Assembly (NCBI GenBank): GCA_036310685.1
Contig: JAXJRI010000213.1
Coordinates: 1 to 63,026, forward strand
Length of the DNA stretch: 63,026 bases
Reading direction: 5' to 3'
Source: Lachnospiraceae bacterium
GTDB lineage: Bacteria > Bacillota > Clostridia > Lachnospirales > Lachnospiraceae
Below the pieces are notes generated by a model, which worked only from the letters and a program-made list of their open reading frames with translations, was not told the DNA's origin and did no database searches. Both the position numbers and the translations under genes were made by a program. Positions within the stretch are counted from its first letter, which is position 1. Each line of letters opens with the position of its first letter. Positions 7,753-17,307 of this stretch are shown here, in pieces.

Positions 7753-9348
7753 ATGAGTAAGAAACCAGTTGTATTAATGGTTCTTGATGGCTATGGTATT
7801 TCAGATAAGACTGAGGGTAATGCAGTCGCTCTTGCAAGCACTCCTGTAATGGACAAGCTTGAGAAAGAGTATCCATTTGTGAGGGGCAATGCGTCCGGAG
7901 GATTTGTAGGACTTCCAGACGGACAGATGGGTAATTCTGAGGTTGGACATATGAACATTGGATCCGGCCGTATCATCTATCAGGACCTTACTTTAATTAC
8001 AAAGTCAGTGAAAGAGGGTTCCTTCTTCAAGAATGAGGAGCTTTTAGCTGCAATCGATAACTGTAAAGAGAATAATTCAGATCTTCATCTGTGGGGTCTG
8101 CTCTCAGACGGCGGTGTGCACAGCCATAATACACATCTCTACGCACTGCTTGAGCTCTGCAAGAAAGAGAATTTTGAGAGAGTTTACGTTCATCCATTCT
8201 TTGATGGCCGTGATACTCCTCCTACTTCTGGTAAGGGCTATTTACAGGAGTTGATTGATAAGATGAATGAGATTGGTGTCGGCAAGATCGCATCCTTATC
8301 CGGACGTTACTATGCTATGGATCGAGACAATAACTGGGATCGTGTTCAGAAGGCATATGATTCTCTGGTAACAGGCGAGGGAATCCATGAGACAGATCCG
8401 ATTGAGGCTATGCAGCACTCTTACGACAATGGGGTAACAGATGAGTTCCTTATCCCAACCGTTATTACCGATGAGAATGACAAGCCGCTCTCTCTGGTAA
8501 AAGCTCATGATTCCGTTATCTTCTATAACTTCCGTCCAGACCGTGCTCGTGAGATCACAAAGGCATTCTGTTTTGGAGATGACGCGTTTGAAGTTCCAGC
8601 AGGCAAAGAGATCACAACAAAAGATATGCAGTACTTAAAGCGTCCTAACGGATATATGCCAGTATTCTATGTATGCTTTAAGGATTACGATGAGACGATT
8701 CCAAACAAGCATATCGCTTTCAAGAAGCAGGAGATTAAGAATACTTTTGGAGAGCTTCTTGCAAACCTTGGAAAGAAGCAGCTTCGTCTGGCAGAGACAG
8801 AGAAGTATGCTCATGTAACTTTCTTCTTCAACGGCGGTGTTGAGGAGCCTAATAAGAATGAGGATCGTATCCTTGTCAACTCCCCAGCAGTTGCAACTTA
8901 CGATCTCCAGCCTGAGATGAGTGCACCAGAAGTCAGCGAGAATTTAAATAAGGCTATCGCCTCAGGGGAGTATGATGTTATCATCATCAACTTCGCAAAT
9001 CCAGATATGGTTGGACATACAGGTGTGCTTGATGCAGCAATTAAGGCAGTTGAAACTGTTGATAAATGTGTTGGAAGTGCTGCAGAGGAAGTTAAGAAAG
9101 CAGACGGAGTACTATTCATCTGTGCAGATCATGGTAATGCAGAGCAGATGATCAACTATGAGACAGGTGCTCCACATACTGCTCATACTACAAACCAGGT
9201 TCCATTTATTCTTTATAACTATGATTCGGCATACACACTCCGCGAAGGTGGAGCACTGTGTGATATCGTTCCTACTTTATTGGAGATTATGGGCGTAGAG
9301 CAGCCAGAGGAGATGACAGGTGTGTCACTTCTCGTGAAGAAGAACTAG
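7753..9348 (+). CDS. gpmI: 2,3-bisphosphoglycerate-independent phosphoglycerate mutase
   Basis: LDGYG, VGLPDGQMGNSEVGH, SDGGVHSH, AETEKYAHVTFF, NPDMVGHTG, ADHGNAE. Confidence 0.97.
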   Translation: MSKKPVVLMVLDGYGISDKTEGNAVALASTPVMDKLEKEYPFVRGNASGGFVGLPDGQMGNSEVGHMNIGSGRIIYQDLTLITKSVKEGSFFKNEELLAAIDNCKENNSDLHLWGLLSDGGVHSHNTHLYALLELCKKENFERVYVHPFFDGRDTPPTSGKGYLQELIDKMNEIGVGKIASLSGRYYAMDRDNNWDRVQKAYDSLVTGEGIHETDPIEAMQHSYDNGVTDEFLIPTVITDENDKPLSLVKAHDSVIFYNFRPDRAREITKAFCFGDDAFEVPAGKEITTKDMQYLKRPNGYMPVFYVCFKDYDETIPNKHIAFKKQEIKNTFGELLANLGKKQLRLAETEKYAHVTFFFNGGVEEPNKNEDRILVNSPAVATYDLQPEMSAPEVSENLNKAIASGEYDVIIINFANPDMVGHTGVLDAAIKAVETVDKCVGSAAEEVKKADGVLFICADHGNAEQMINYETGAPHTAHTTNQVPFILYNYDSAYTLREGGALCDIVPTLLEIMGVEQPEEMTGVSLLVKKN

Positions 9349-9381
9349 CATAAACATATATTTAATAGCGAGGTACTTGAT

Positions 9382-10380
9382 ATGGCAGAGAGTGCAGTAA
9401 AGAAGATTGGTATTTTAACTAGTGGTGGAGACGCACCAGGAATGAACGCAGCGATTCGTTCCGCAGCCAGAACAGCATGGACTAACGGTGTTGAAGTTGC
9501 AGGAATTTTAAGAGGTTACAGTGGACTTCTTGCAGAAGAGATTTTTGGCATGGACTATGATTTTACTCATGGTATCGTGCAGAAGGGTGGTACAGTACTT
9601 TATACCGCAAGATGTAAAGAGATGATGGAGGAAGAGTATCAGAAGAAAGCAGCAGATATCTTAAGGGATCATGGTATTGATGGTCTTATCGTCATCGGTG
9701 GTGACGGATCTTTCCGTGGTGCTCAGACACTGGCTCGTCAGGGAGTTAATGTGGTTGCTGTTCCTGGAACAATCGATTTGGATATCGCATGTACTGAGTA
9801 TACAATTGGATTCGATACAGCGGTCAATACTGCTATGGTTAATATTGATAAGATTAAAGAGACATCTACTTCACATGACAGATGTTCTATCATTGAGGTT
9901 ATGGGAAGAAATGCAGGATATATCGCACTGTGGTGTGGTATCGCTTCCGGAGCTGAGGAAGTGCTGATTCCAGAGCGTTTCGATGGCAACATGCCAAGAC
10001 TTGAGAGCAGACTGATTGATAAGATGCAGCTTAGAAGTGCACACGGCAGACGTCATCATCTGATAATCAATGCCGAGGGTATCGGACAGTCCTTCAGTAT
10101 GGCTAAGCACTTAGAGCAGGCTACAGGAATCGAGACCCGTGCTACTATCTTAGGATATGTACAGCGTGGTGGTTCCCCAACTGCAAAAGACCGTGTCTAT
10201 GCCTCCTATATGGGATCCCTTGCGACAGACCTTCTCTGTGCAGGAGCAACCAACCGTGTCGTAGGATATCAGAATGGTAAATATGTAGACTTTGATATCG
10301 AGAGCGCGCTTGGTATGGCTAAGGATGTGGATGAGTACGAGTTCCGTATGGCAGAGATTCTTGGAAGAAAGTATAAATAA
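9382..10380 (+). CDS. pfkA: 6-phosphofructokinase
   Basis: TSGGDAPGMNAA, IGGDGSF, PGTID.D, EVMGR, LGYVQRGG. Confidence 0.95.
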   Translation: MAESAVKKIGILTSGGDAPGMNAAIRSAARTAWTNGVEVAGILRGYSGLLAEEIFGMDYDFTHGIVQKGGTVLYTARCKEMMEEEYQKKAADILRDHGIDGLIVIGGDGSFRGAQTLARQGVNVVAVPGTIDLDIACTEYTIGFDTAVNTAMVNIDKIKETSTSHDRCSIIEVMGRNAGYIALWCGIASGAEEVLIPERFDGNMPRLESRLIDKMQLRSAHGRRHHLIINAEGIGQSFSMAKHLEQATGIETRATILGYVQRGGSPTAKDRVYASYMGSLATDLLCAGATNRVVGYQNGKYVDFDIESALGMAKDVDEYEFRMAEILGRKYK

Positions 10381-10396
10381 TCAGATACTTAATACA

Positions 10397-10435
10397 GGCA
10401 GGTGATTTCTTTGAAGTCACCTGCCCAATTTTTTT
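10397..10435 (+). terminator. Rho-independent terminator after pfkA
   Basis: ggcaggtgatttc-ttt-gaagtcacctgcc then caattttttt. Confidence 0.85.
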
Positions 10436-10500
10436 ACGGAAATTCTTGGAATCTATGGTATACTGTAACAGGTGAGGGGAAATATTTGAGAGGATGTAAT

Positions 10501-10935
10501 ATGAGTGAAATGAAAACAGTAGACGAGATTTTTGGCCAGATGCCTAAGGAACAGATTGGAACTGATCTTGTGGAACAGTTCCTGTCCATGCAGAAAGATG
10601 AGATTGAGATGAAGGCTGATATCATGAAAGCAATCAAGCAGCAGTCAGATCAGTTCTTATACCTGGTTGGAATGAAAGAACTTAATTTTGCATTGGATCA
10701 AAAATCTTTTGGAAGTTTTATGAATATGTCTGCTTCTCAGTTTTTAAATGAGGAGGAGAGACCTGTGATCAGAATGTATGCTGAGGATGAGAAGGGAAGT
10801 TTCTACTGTCTCGAGTCAGAAGTTCTTTTTAACCGGGAGAATGGAGAGACAGATTATTCCTGTGAACTCTTCCGTACCAAGGACGGAGAGCTTTTCCGCT
10901 ATGCTTCCATGGATCACTGGGAGTTAATGAAGTGA
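10501..10935 (+). CDS. Unknown 144-aa protein, paralogous to the N-terminus of the next gene
   Basis: ATG 10501 after GAGAGGA; extended -10 TGgTATACT at 10456-10464; the ORF-track start at 10402 lies inside the pfkA terminator. Confidence 0.8.
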   Translation: MSEMKTVDEIFGQMPKEQIGTDLVEQFLSMQKDEIEMKADIMKAIKQQSDQFLYLVGMKELNFALDQKSFGSFMNMSASQFLNEEERPVIRMYAEDEKGSFYCLESEVLFNRENGETDYSCELFRTKDGELFRYASMDHWELMK

Positions 10936-10954
10936 GATAGTATAGGAGAATAAT

Positions 10955-12049
10955 ATGGCAAAAAAGAAGAATATCTTACAGTTCAACAGCGGCAAGAACA
11001 GCTGCTTAGATGTGAAAGATATGAAGGAATACCTGGAAGCTAAGAGGGACGAGTACGATTTCAAGAAGTCTATGGCAGATATCTTAGAGGATCAGTCAGC
11101 ACAGTTTTTAAGTATGATTGACTTAAAGGGATTAACATTTGAGCCGGAGGATGCAGCTGCAATGGAGTTCCTTGAGGCAGAACCAGAGCGTTTCTTAGAT
11201 GAGGATACAGCACCTGCACTTGACTTTGTGGCAGAAGATCATGGATTAAAATATCAGATTCATGCCATGGTACTCTATGATGAGGACCAGCAGGCAGCTT
11301 CTTTCCAGTGTATTCTTTTTAAGCAGGATAATGGCGGTTTGTATCAGTATGATATGGACGAAGGATGGATTCCTGCAGAGGATGCAGGGGTTCTCTCAGA
11401 GAATCTTCAGAGAATTTTGGCAAAACCAGATTCTGATCCAGAGAAGGCACTTCTCACCTGTATTTTGGAAGAGACTGGAGCAGTGGATGATGAGACCTTT
11501 GAGGGAATCCGTGAGACTTACAAGGGTATCTTAAAGCTTTATGATCAGGTGAAGAACTGCTGTAAGTTAGCCATGGTTCAGGACAGCTCCACGATGGAGG
11601 ATGATGGGGACGATGAAGCCAGCTATGTCGTTGGTATTGTTCCGCGCAATCCGAGATGGGATGGATTAGCTGTGGTTGAAGATGAGGGAGAGTATGATCT
11701 GTGTCAGTACATTTCCCAGGAGGTCTTCATTAGTCTGGTATTAGAACGCAACAATGGCGACACAGAGGTCTTTGAGGAAGATGATCAGCTTCCAGGAGCT
11801 ATGCTTCGAAGGATTGCTAGCACCAAGAATATCGATGAGGCTGCCTCCTTACTGAAGAGAACCTTCGACCGCTATTATGGTGAGGAAGAGCTCCACTTTA
11901 TTCCGCTGTCTATGGAAGCAACCATGAGAGCCGAAGAGTGGGTAGGCCCATACAGCATTGAGAAGAAAGATGCAGCTCCGCTTAATGAGACGGAGAAGAG
12001 AGAAAAAGAGCAGTTCAAGTGGATTGCTGACGATCTGCTTCATGCATAA
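10955..12049 (+). CDS. Unknown, strongly acidic 364-aa protein
   Basis: RBS AGGAGA; long ORF with host-like codon usage; no family recognised. Confidence 0.85.
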   Translation: MAKKKNILQFNSGKNSCLDVKDMKEYLEAKRDEYDFKKSMADILEDQSAQFLSMIDLKGLTFEPEDAAAMEFLEAEPERFLDEDTAPALDFVAEDHGLKYQIHAMVLYDEDQQAASFQCILFKQDNGGLYQYDMDEGWIPAEDAGVLSENLQRILAKPDSDPEKALLTCILEETGAVDDETFEGIRETYKGILKLYDQVKNCCKLAMVQDSSTMEDDGDDEASYVVGIVPRNPRWDGLAVVEDEGEYDLCQYISQEVFISLVLERNNGDTEVFEEDDQLPGAMLRRIASTKNIDEAASLLKRTFDRYYGEEELHFIPLSMEATMRAEEWVGPYSIEKKDAAPLNETEKREKEQFKWIADDLLHA

Positions 12050-12089
12050 ATAACTATTGATACAAATAAGACAAAGGAGAGTGGACGAT

Positions 12090-13247
12090 ATGGATTACGT
12101 AACTAAGACAGTAGCATATGTTGGTGTTAACGATCATAAGATTGATCTTTTTGAGGGACAGTATCCGGTTCCAAATGGTATGGCATACAATTCTTATGTA
12201 ATCGTAGATGATAAGATCGCAGTCATGGATACAGTAGATCAGAATTTTGGCGAAGAGTGGATGGCAAATGTGGAGAAAGCCTGTGACGGAAGAACACCAG
12301 ATTATCTGGTAGTTCAGCACATGGAGCCAGATCATTCTTCTATCATTGCTGATTTCATGAAGGCGTATCCGGATGCGAAGATTGTATCTTCTGTTCAGGC
12401 ATTCAAGATGATGAAGGCTTATTTCGGTACAGATTTCAGTGATCAACAGATTGTTGTGAAAGAGGGCTCTACCTTAGAGTTAGGAAGCCACGTACTTAAT
12501 TTTGTAGGAGCGCCAATGGTTCACTGGCCTGAGGTAATCATGACATATGATTCTACAGATAAGATTCTCTTCTCTGCTGATGCATTTGGAAAGTTCGGTG
12601 CTTTAGATGTTGAGGAAGACTGGGCATGTGAGGCACGCCGCTACTATATCGGAATCGTTGGTAAGTTCGGCAAGCAGGTTCAGAATGTGTTAAAGAAGGC
12701 AGCAGGTCTTGATATTCAGATTATCTGTCCTCTTCACGGTCCTGTTCTCAAGGAGAACCTGGGATACTACTTAGATCTCTATAATACATGGTCTTCCTAT
12801 GCGGTGGAGTCTGAGGGCGTTGTGATCGCTTATACCTCTGTTTACGGACATACAAAGAAGGCTGTTGAGTATCTGAAGAAAGTTCTGGAAGAGAAGAATT
12901 GTCCAAAGGTTTCTGTATTTGATTTAGCCAGAGATGATATGTCAGAAGCAGTAGAGGATGCTTTCCGCTATGGAAAGATTGTTCTTGCAACAACAACCTA
13001 CAATGCAGAGATGTTCCCATTCATGAGTGACTTCCTCACAAGACTTGCAGAGCATAGTTTTCAGAATCGCCTGGTTGGATTAATCGAGAATGGATCCTGG
13101 GCACCTATGGCAGCTAAGCGCATGAAAGCAGGATTAGACGGATGCAAGGATATTACCTATACGGAAAGCCAGGTTACAATCCTTGGTTCTATGACAGAGG
13201 AGAACAAGCGTCAGTTAGAGGCTATGGCAGACGAACTCTGCAAATAG
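12090..13247 (+). CDS. fprA: FprA-family A-type flavoprotein (flavodiiron protein)
   Basis: YNSYVI, HMEPDH, PMVHWPE, SADAFG, PLHG diiron ligands; flavodoxin domain YTSVYGHT. Confidence 0.92.
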   Translation: MDYVTKTVAYVGVNDHKIDLFEGQYPVPNGMAYNSYVIVDDKIAVMDTVDQNFGEEWMANVEKACDGRTPDYLVVQHMEPDHSSIIADFMKAYPDAKIVSSVQAFKMMKAYFGTDFSDQQIVVKEGSTLELGSHVLNFVGAPMVHWPEVIMTYDSTDKILFSADAFGKFGALDVEEDWACEARRYYIGIVGKFGKQVQNVLKKAAGLDIQIICPLHGPVLKENLGYYLDLYNTWSSYAVESEGVVIAYTSVYGHTKKAVEYLKKVLEEKNCPKVSVFDLARDDMSEAVEDAFRYGKIVLATTTYNAEMFPFMSDFLTRLAEHSFQNRLVGLIENGSWAPMAAKRMKAGLDGCKDITYTESQVTILGSMTEENKRQLEAMADELCK

Positions 13248-13661
13248 TTAAGCCAGCGAGGGCACACAATCGTGCCATAAACTTTGAAAGTTTGGGATGA
13301 TTATGCGTTAAAATTGAGACGAACGGTGGATGTGGAGTGAAAATCTGTCCTTTCTGTTCATTTTCCTAAAGTAGGATATTAAAAAGAGGACTGTTATTGT
13401 CCGATGAATTCCCGGTATGTCTGTAAAGGTTTCAGAACATTCCGGGAATTGTTGTCTTATTTAAACTTGTTTATAACTTGTATATGAGAAAGAGCATAAA
13501 GTTATTCATCGAGATATGGAAAATATAATGGTTAAATGTTATAATATTAACTATCAAAATAGATTGGGATAATTATGTTGATTATCGCATAGCTTTTGTA
13601 ATAATAGCTTAATAAATCTAAAGAAGGTACTGCTGAAAACTTAGAGGGGGAACTGAGATTA

Positions 13662-15155
13662 ATGAGTAAATATATATTAGGCTTTAACCTGGACACAAAG
13701 GGGGCAAGAGCATCCATCTACGATCAGGAGAGCAAACTGATCGGAACAGGATATGAGGCATATCCATCTTACTATCCACAGGAGGGATGGGTAGAGCAGG
13801 ATGCGAATGAGATTTATGTTGCAGCTAAGGATGCAGCTGCTCAGGCTTTCAAGGCATCAGAGCTAGAGCCAACAGATATTGCAGCAATCGGTATCGCTAA
13901 CCAGCGAGATACTGCAGTATTCTGGGATAAAGAGACTGGTCAACCAGTATGCCCGGCTATCGTATGGCAGGATCGCAGATCCGTCAAGATTAGTGATCGT
14001 CTGGGAATGCTCGGTGGAAAAGATCTGGTCAGAAGAACTGGTATGGCCATCATGCCGAACGCGACTGCAACGAAGATCGCATGGGTTCTTGAGAATAATA
14101 AAGAGATCAAGGAATCTATGAAGGCAGGCACAGTTCTTTATGGAACTGTCGATTCCTGGCTTGTATGGAAACTCACGGGCAAGAGTGTCCATGTGACAGA
14201 CCACTCTAATAACTCTGTTACCCTGCTTCAGGATGCTGAGACTTTAGATTATGATAAGGAACTTTTAAAATCTTTGAGAATTCCAAGTGAAATTCTTCCG
14301 AAAATCTGCAAGTCAAGTGAGGTTTATGGTACAACAGATAAGGATGAATTTTTCGGAGCAGAGGTTCCGATTGCTGGAATAGTCGGAGATCAGCAGGCGA
14401 GAGCTTTAGGGCTTGGTGTACTCCATGAAGGAACCGTTCAGAATACTTATGGTGTTGGATCTTTTATTATCATGAATACTGGCTCTAAGTACATCGCACC
14501 TTCAGAGGGAGTCTTCTCTCCAGTTTATTATTCCGTCAAAGACCGTACAAACTTCTGTATGGAGGGTAAAGCGGACGTATCTACATCAGTATTTGACTGG
14601 CTGAGAGATAAGTTAGGAATCGTCTCTGGAATCGAAGAGGCTGAGGAGATGGCAAGAGAGGTTGAGAATAACGGCGGAGTATATTTTGTACCAGCATTTG
14701 TTGGTTTAGGAACTCCTTACAATGACCCATATGCTAGAGCTACCATCTTCGGACTTTCCAGAAGTGCAGATAAGAGACATATCGCAAGAGCAGCTTTAGA
14801 ATCCATGGCTTTCCAGGTTTATGATGCAGTTAGTCGTCTGGAGCGTCGTTCCGGTACTAAAATTACTCATCTTCGTGCGGATGGAGAGGGAGCTAAGAGT
14901 GACTTTATGCTTCAGTTCCAGGCAGATATCTTAGGGGTATCTGTTGAGCGTTCTGCAATTGAAGATTCCGCCAGCTTAGGAGCTGCCTACATGGCAGGTC
15001 TTGCTGTTGGATACTGGGATTCCATTGAGCAGGTTTCAAAGAGGTGGAAAGTGGAGAAATCCTTTGAGCCGATCATGTCTGACAAAGAGAGACAGGATCA
15101 GGTTGCGATGTGGACGAAGGCAATCGGAAGAGCTAGTGGCTGGCTCAGAAGATAA
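13662..15155 (+). CDS. FGGY-family glycerol kinase-like protein with degenerate ATP-binding motifs
   Basis: P.EGWVEQD, NQR.T, AIVWQDRR, GT.DSWL.W.LTG, GDQQA, GVYFVPAF.GLG.PY, RA.LES; phosphate-1 motif altered (FNLDTKG). Confidence 0.88.
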   Translation: MSKYILGFNLDTKGARASIYDQESKLIGTGYEAYPSYYPQEGWVEQDANEIYVAAKDAAAQAFKASELEPTDIAAIGIANQRDTAVFWDKETGQPVCPAIVWQDRRSVKISDRLGMLGGKDLVRRTGMAIMPNATATKIAWVLENNKEIKESMKAGTVLYGTVDSWLVWKLTGKSVHVTDHSNNSVTLLQDAETLDYDKELLKSLRIPSEILPKICKSSEVYGTTDKDEFFGAEVPIAGIVGDQQARALGLGVLHEGTVQNTYGVGSFIIMNTGSKYIAPSEGVFSPVYYSVKDRTNFCMEGKADVSTSVFDWLRDKLGIVSGIEEAEEMAREVENNGGVYFVPAFVGLGTPYNDPYARATIFGLSRSADKRHIARAALESMAFQVYDAVSRLERRSGTKITHLRADGEGAKSDFMLQFQADILGVSVERSAIEDSASLGAAYMAGLAVGYWDSIEQVSKRWKVEKSFEPIMSDKERQDQVAMWTKAIGRASGWLRR

Positions 15156-15214
15156 GGGCATAAATATTAATTTAAGAATATTATAGAACTGCGTGGCAGT
15201 GCTTATGATATAAA

Positions 15215-15250
15215 GATTGACAGAGAGATGGGATCTGTCAATCGTATAAT
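15215..15250 (+). promoter_or_regulatory. Palindrome GATTGACAGA-N9-TCTGTCAATC abutting a TATAAT upstream of the hydrogenase
   Basis: Perfect 10-bp inverted repeat at 15215-15224 and 15234-15243; TATAAT at 15245-15250. Confidence 0.5.
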
Positions 15251-15333
15251 ACTACCATTGATAATCCTACACAAAAGAGATATCTGTTTTCATCAGATCT
15301 CGACACAATAATTATAGGAGGTTACGAAGACTT

Positions 15334-16815
15334 ATGGTAACAAATGATGCTGGAATTATCAAACTAAAACATACTATCTTTGAAGAAGTAGCAAAGCTTG
15401 CCTGGGAGGGTAAGGCAGATGACCCTGAAGAGAGGGAGAAGATTATCTACAAGATTGTTCCAGGACCAAAAGCAACTTGGAGATGCTGTATCTATAAGGA
15501 GCGAGAAATCGCCAGACAGCGTATCCGTCTTGCCAATGCTGAGATCCCTACATACAATCCAGGATCTGAGAACATTGTTCAGGTTATTGACCCTGCATGT
15601 CAGGAGTGTCCAATCGCTTCATATCTGGTAACAGACAACTGTCGCCTGTGTATGGGCAAAGCCTGTCAGAATTCCTGTAAGTTCGGTGCAATCACCATGG
15701 GTGTTCATCACGCTTACATCGACCCAGAAAAATGTCGCGAGTGTGGTAAATGTGCTCAGGCCTGCCCATACAGTGCCATCGCTCATCTGCAGAGACCATG
15801 TAAGAAGGCATGTCCTGTTGATGCCATCACTTATGATGAGTACGGTATCTGCAAGATTGATGAGGGCAAATGTATCCAGTGTGGTTCTTGTATCCATGCT
15901 TGTCCGTTCGGAGCAATTGGTTCCCTGACTTATCTTCCAAAGATTATCAAGCACATTTTAGCTGGAGACGAAGTTATCGCTATGTGTGCTCCTGCAACAG
16001 AGGGACAGTTCGGTGAGGACATCTCAATGGCATCTGTCAAGAATGCATTAAAAGAGTTAGGATTTGCTGATATGGTTGAGGTCGGACTCGGTGGAGATAT
16101 GACCGCTGCCTATGAATCTGAAGAGTGGGCTGAGGCTCTGAAGGAAGGACGTAAGATGACAACATCCTGCTGTCCAGCTTTCATCAACATGGAGAAGAAG
16201 CATTTCCCTAAGATTTATGAGGAGAACCTTTCTCAGACGGTATCCCCAATGTGTGCGATCAGCCGTTACTTAAAGGCTACACATCCTGGATGCGTCACTG
16301 TATTTATCGGACCTTGCATCGCTAAGAAGTCCGAGGCAATTGATAAGTCTGTACCGGATAATGCAGATTACGCTATGACTTACGGTGAGTTCATGTGTCT
16401 GTTAAGATCCAAGAACGTAGAGTTAAAACCAGTTGAGGATGAGTATCAGGAGGCTTCCATCTGGGGCAAGAGATTTGCTCAGGTTGGTGGAGTTGCCGCA
16501 GCCGTTCTTGAGTGTATGGAGGAGCGCGGAGAGGATACTTCCAAGGTTAACTACGTAAGATGTTCCGGCGGAGCAGAGTGTAAGAAAGCACTCACTATGC
16601 TCAAGTTCGGCAGACTGAAAGAGGACTTCGTCGAAGGTATGGCTTGTACAGGTGGATGTGTCGGAGGACCATCTAAGCATAAGGCAGAGCCAGAGATTAA
16701 GAAAGCAAGAACTAAGCTCTTAGGAGAGGCTGATAAGCGTGGCGTACTTGAGAATCTGAAAAATTATCCTATGGATAAATTCTCTATGTACAGAGATGGA
16801 CATATGCCTGAATAA
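15334..16815 (+). CDS. Monomeric [FeFe]-hydrogenase (group B-like) with N-terminal 4Fe-4S domains
   Basis: H-cluster motifs TSCCPA, FIGPCIAKKSE, EGMACTGGCVGG; several CxxCxxCxxxCP ferredoxin motifs. Confidence 0.92.
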   Translation: MVTNDAGIIKLKHTIFEEVAKLAWEGKADDPEEREKIIYKIVPGPKATWRCCIYKEREIARQRIRLANAEIPTYNPGSENIVQVIDPACQECPIASYLVTDNCRLCMGKACQNSCKFGAITMGVHHAYIDPEKCRECGKCAQACPYSAIAHLQRPCKKACPVDAITYDEYGICKIDEGKCIQCGSCIHACPFGAIGSLTYLPKIIKHILAGDEVIAMCAPATEGQFGEDISMASVKNALKELGFADMVEVGLGGDMTAAYESEEWAEALKEGRKMTTSCCPAFINMEKKHFPKIYEENLSQTVSPMCAISRYLKATHPGCVTVFIGPCIAKKSEAIDKSVPDNADYAMTYGEFMCLLRSKNVELKPVEDEYQEASIWGKRFAQVGGVAAAVLECMEERGEDTSKVNYVRCSGGAECKKALTMLKFGRLKEDFVEGMACTGGCVGGPSKHKAEPEIKKARTKLLGEADKRGVLENLKNYPMDKFSMYRDGHMPE

Positions 16816-16973
16816 GAGTAACAATTCACACAATACGGCTCAGATGGGAAAGAGCTATCGAATAGATCCATAAAGTATCGAAAGATATAATGCGTGAATA
16901 ATAACGAATAATAATTTGGGAAATTAACATAAACCGCTGAGTGTGGACGTTAGCTCCCATAATATGTTAAAAT

Positions 16974-17011
16974 AAGGTTAGCTTTTGAAATGATTTTCAA
17001 AAGCTAACCTT
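16974..17011. promoter_or_regulatory. Perfect 17-bp inverted repeat just after an extended -10 (operator or 5' hairpin)
   Basis: aaggttagcttttgaaa-tgat-tttcaaaagctaacctt, preceded directly by TGtTAAAAT. Confidence 0.55.
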
Positions 17012-17031
17012 TATGTGTTTATAGGAGAAAG

Positions 17032-17265
17032 ATGGATTTTATGAATTTAGCTAACATTACTCGGATAGCATCGGTCTGTAAGCAGTTCGCGGCGAATCAT
17101 CCGAAGATTATTGATTATTTTAAGACTAAGTTTCGGGATGGGGTTCCAGAGGGGACAACTTTTGAGATCATTATCACCAAGCCTAATGAACATGCAGGAC
17201 GTGTAAAGTTTAAGGCGAAGGAAAGTGATGTAAAGATTATCAATGACATGATTCATGGGGACTAG
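17032..17265 (+). CDS. Small hypothetical protein (77 aa)
   Basis: RBS AGGAGA; F..NHPK...F......EGT..EI.IT.P pattern resembling a common Lachnospiraceae hypothetical. Confidence 0.75.
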   Translation: MDFMNLANITRIASVCKQFAANHPKIIDYFKTKFRDGVPEGTTFEIIITKPNEHAGRVKFKAKESDVKIINDMIHGD

Positions 17266-17307
17266 GGCATCGTATCCCAAAACTAATCAGAGTTTAGAGG
17301 AGACATC

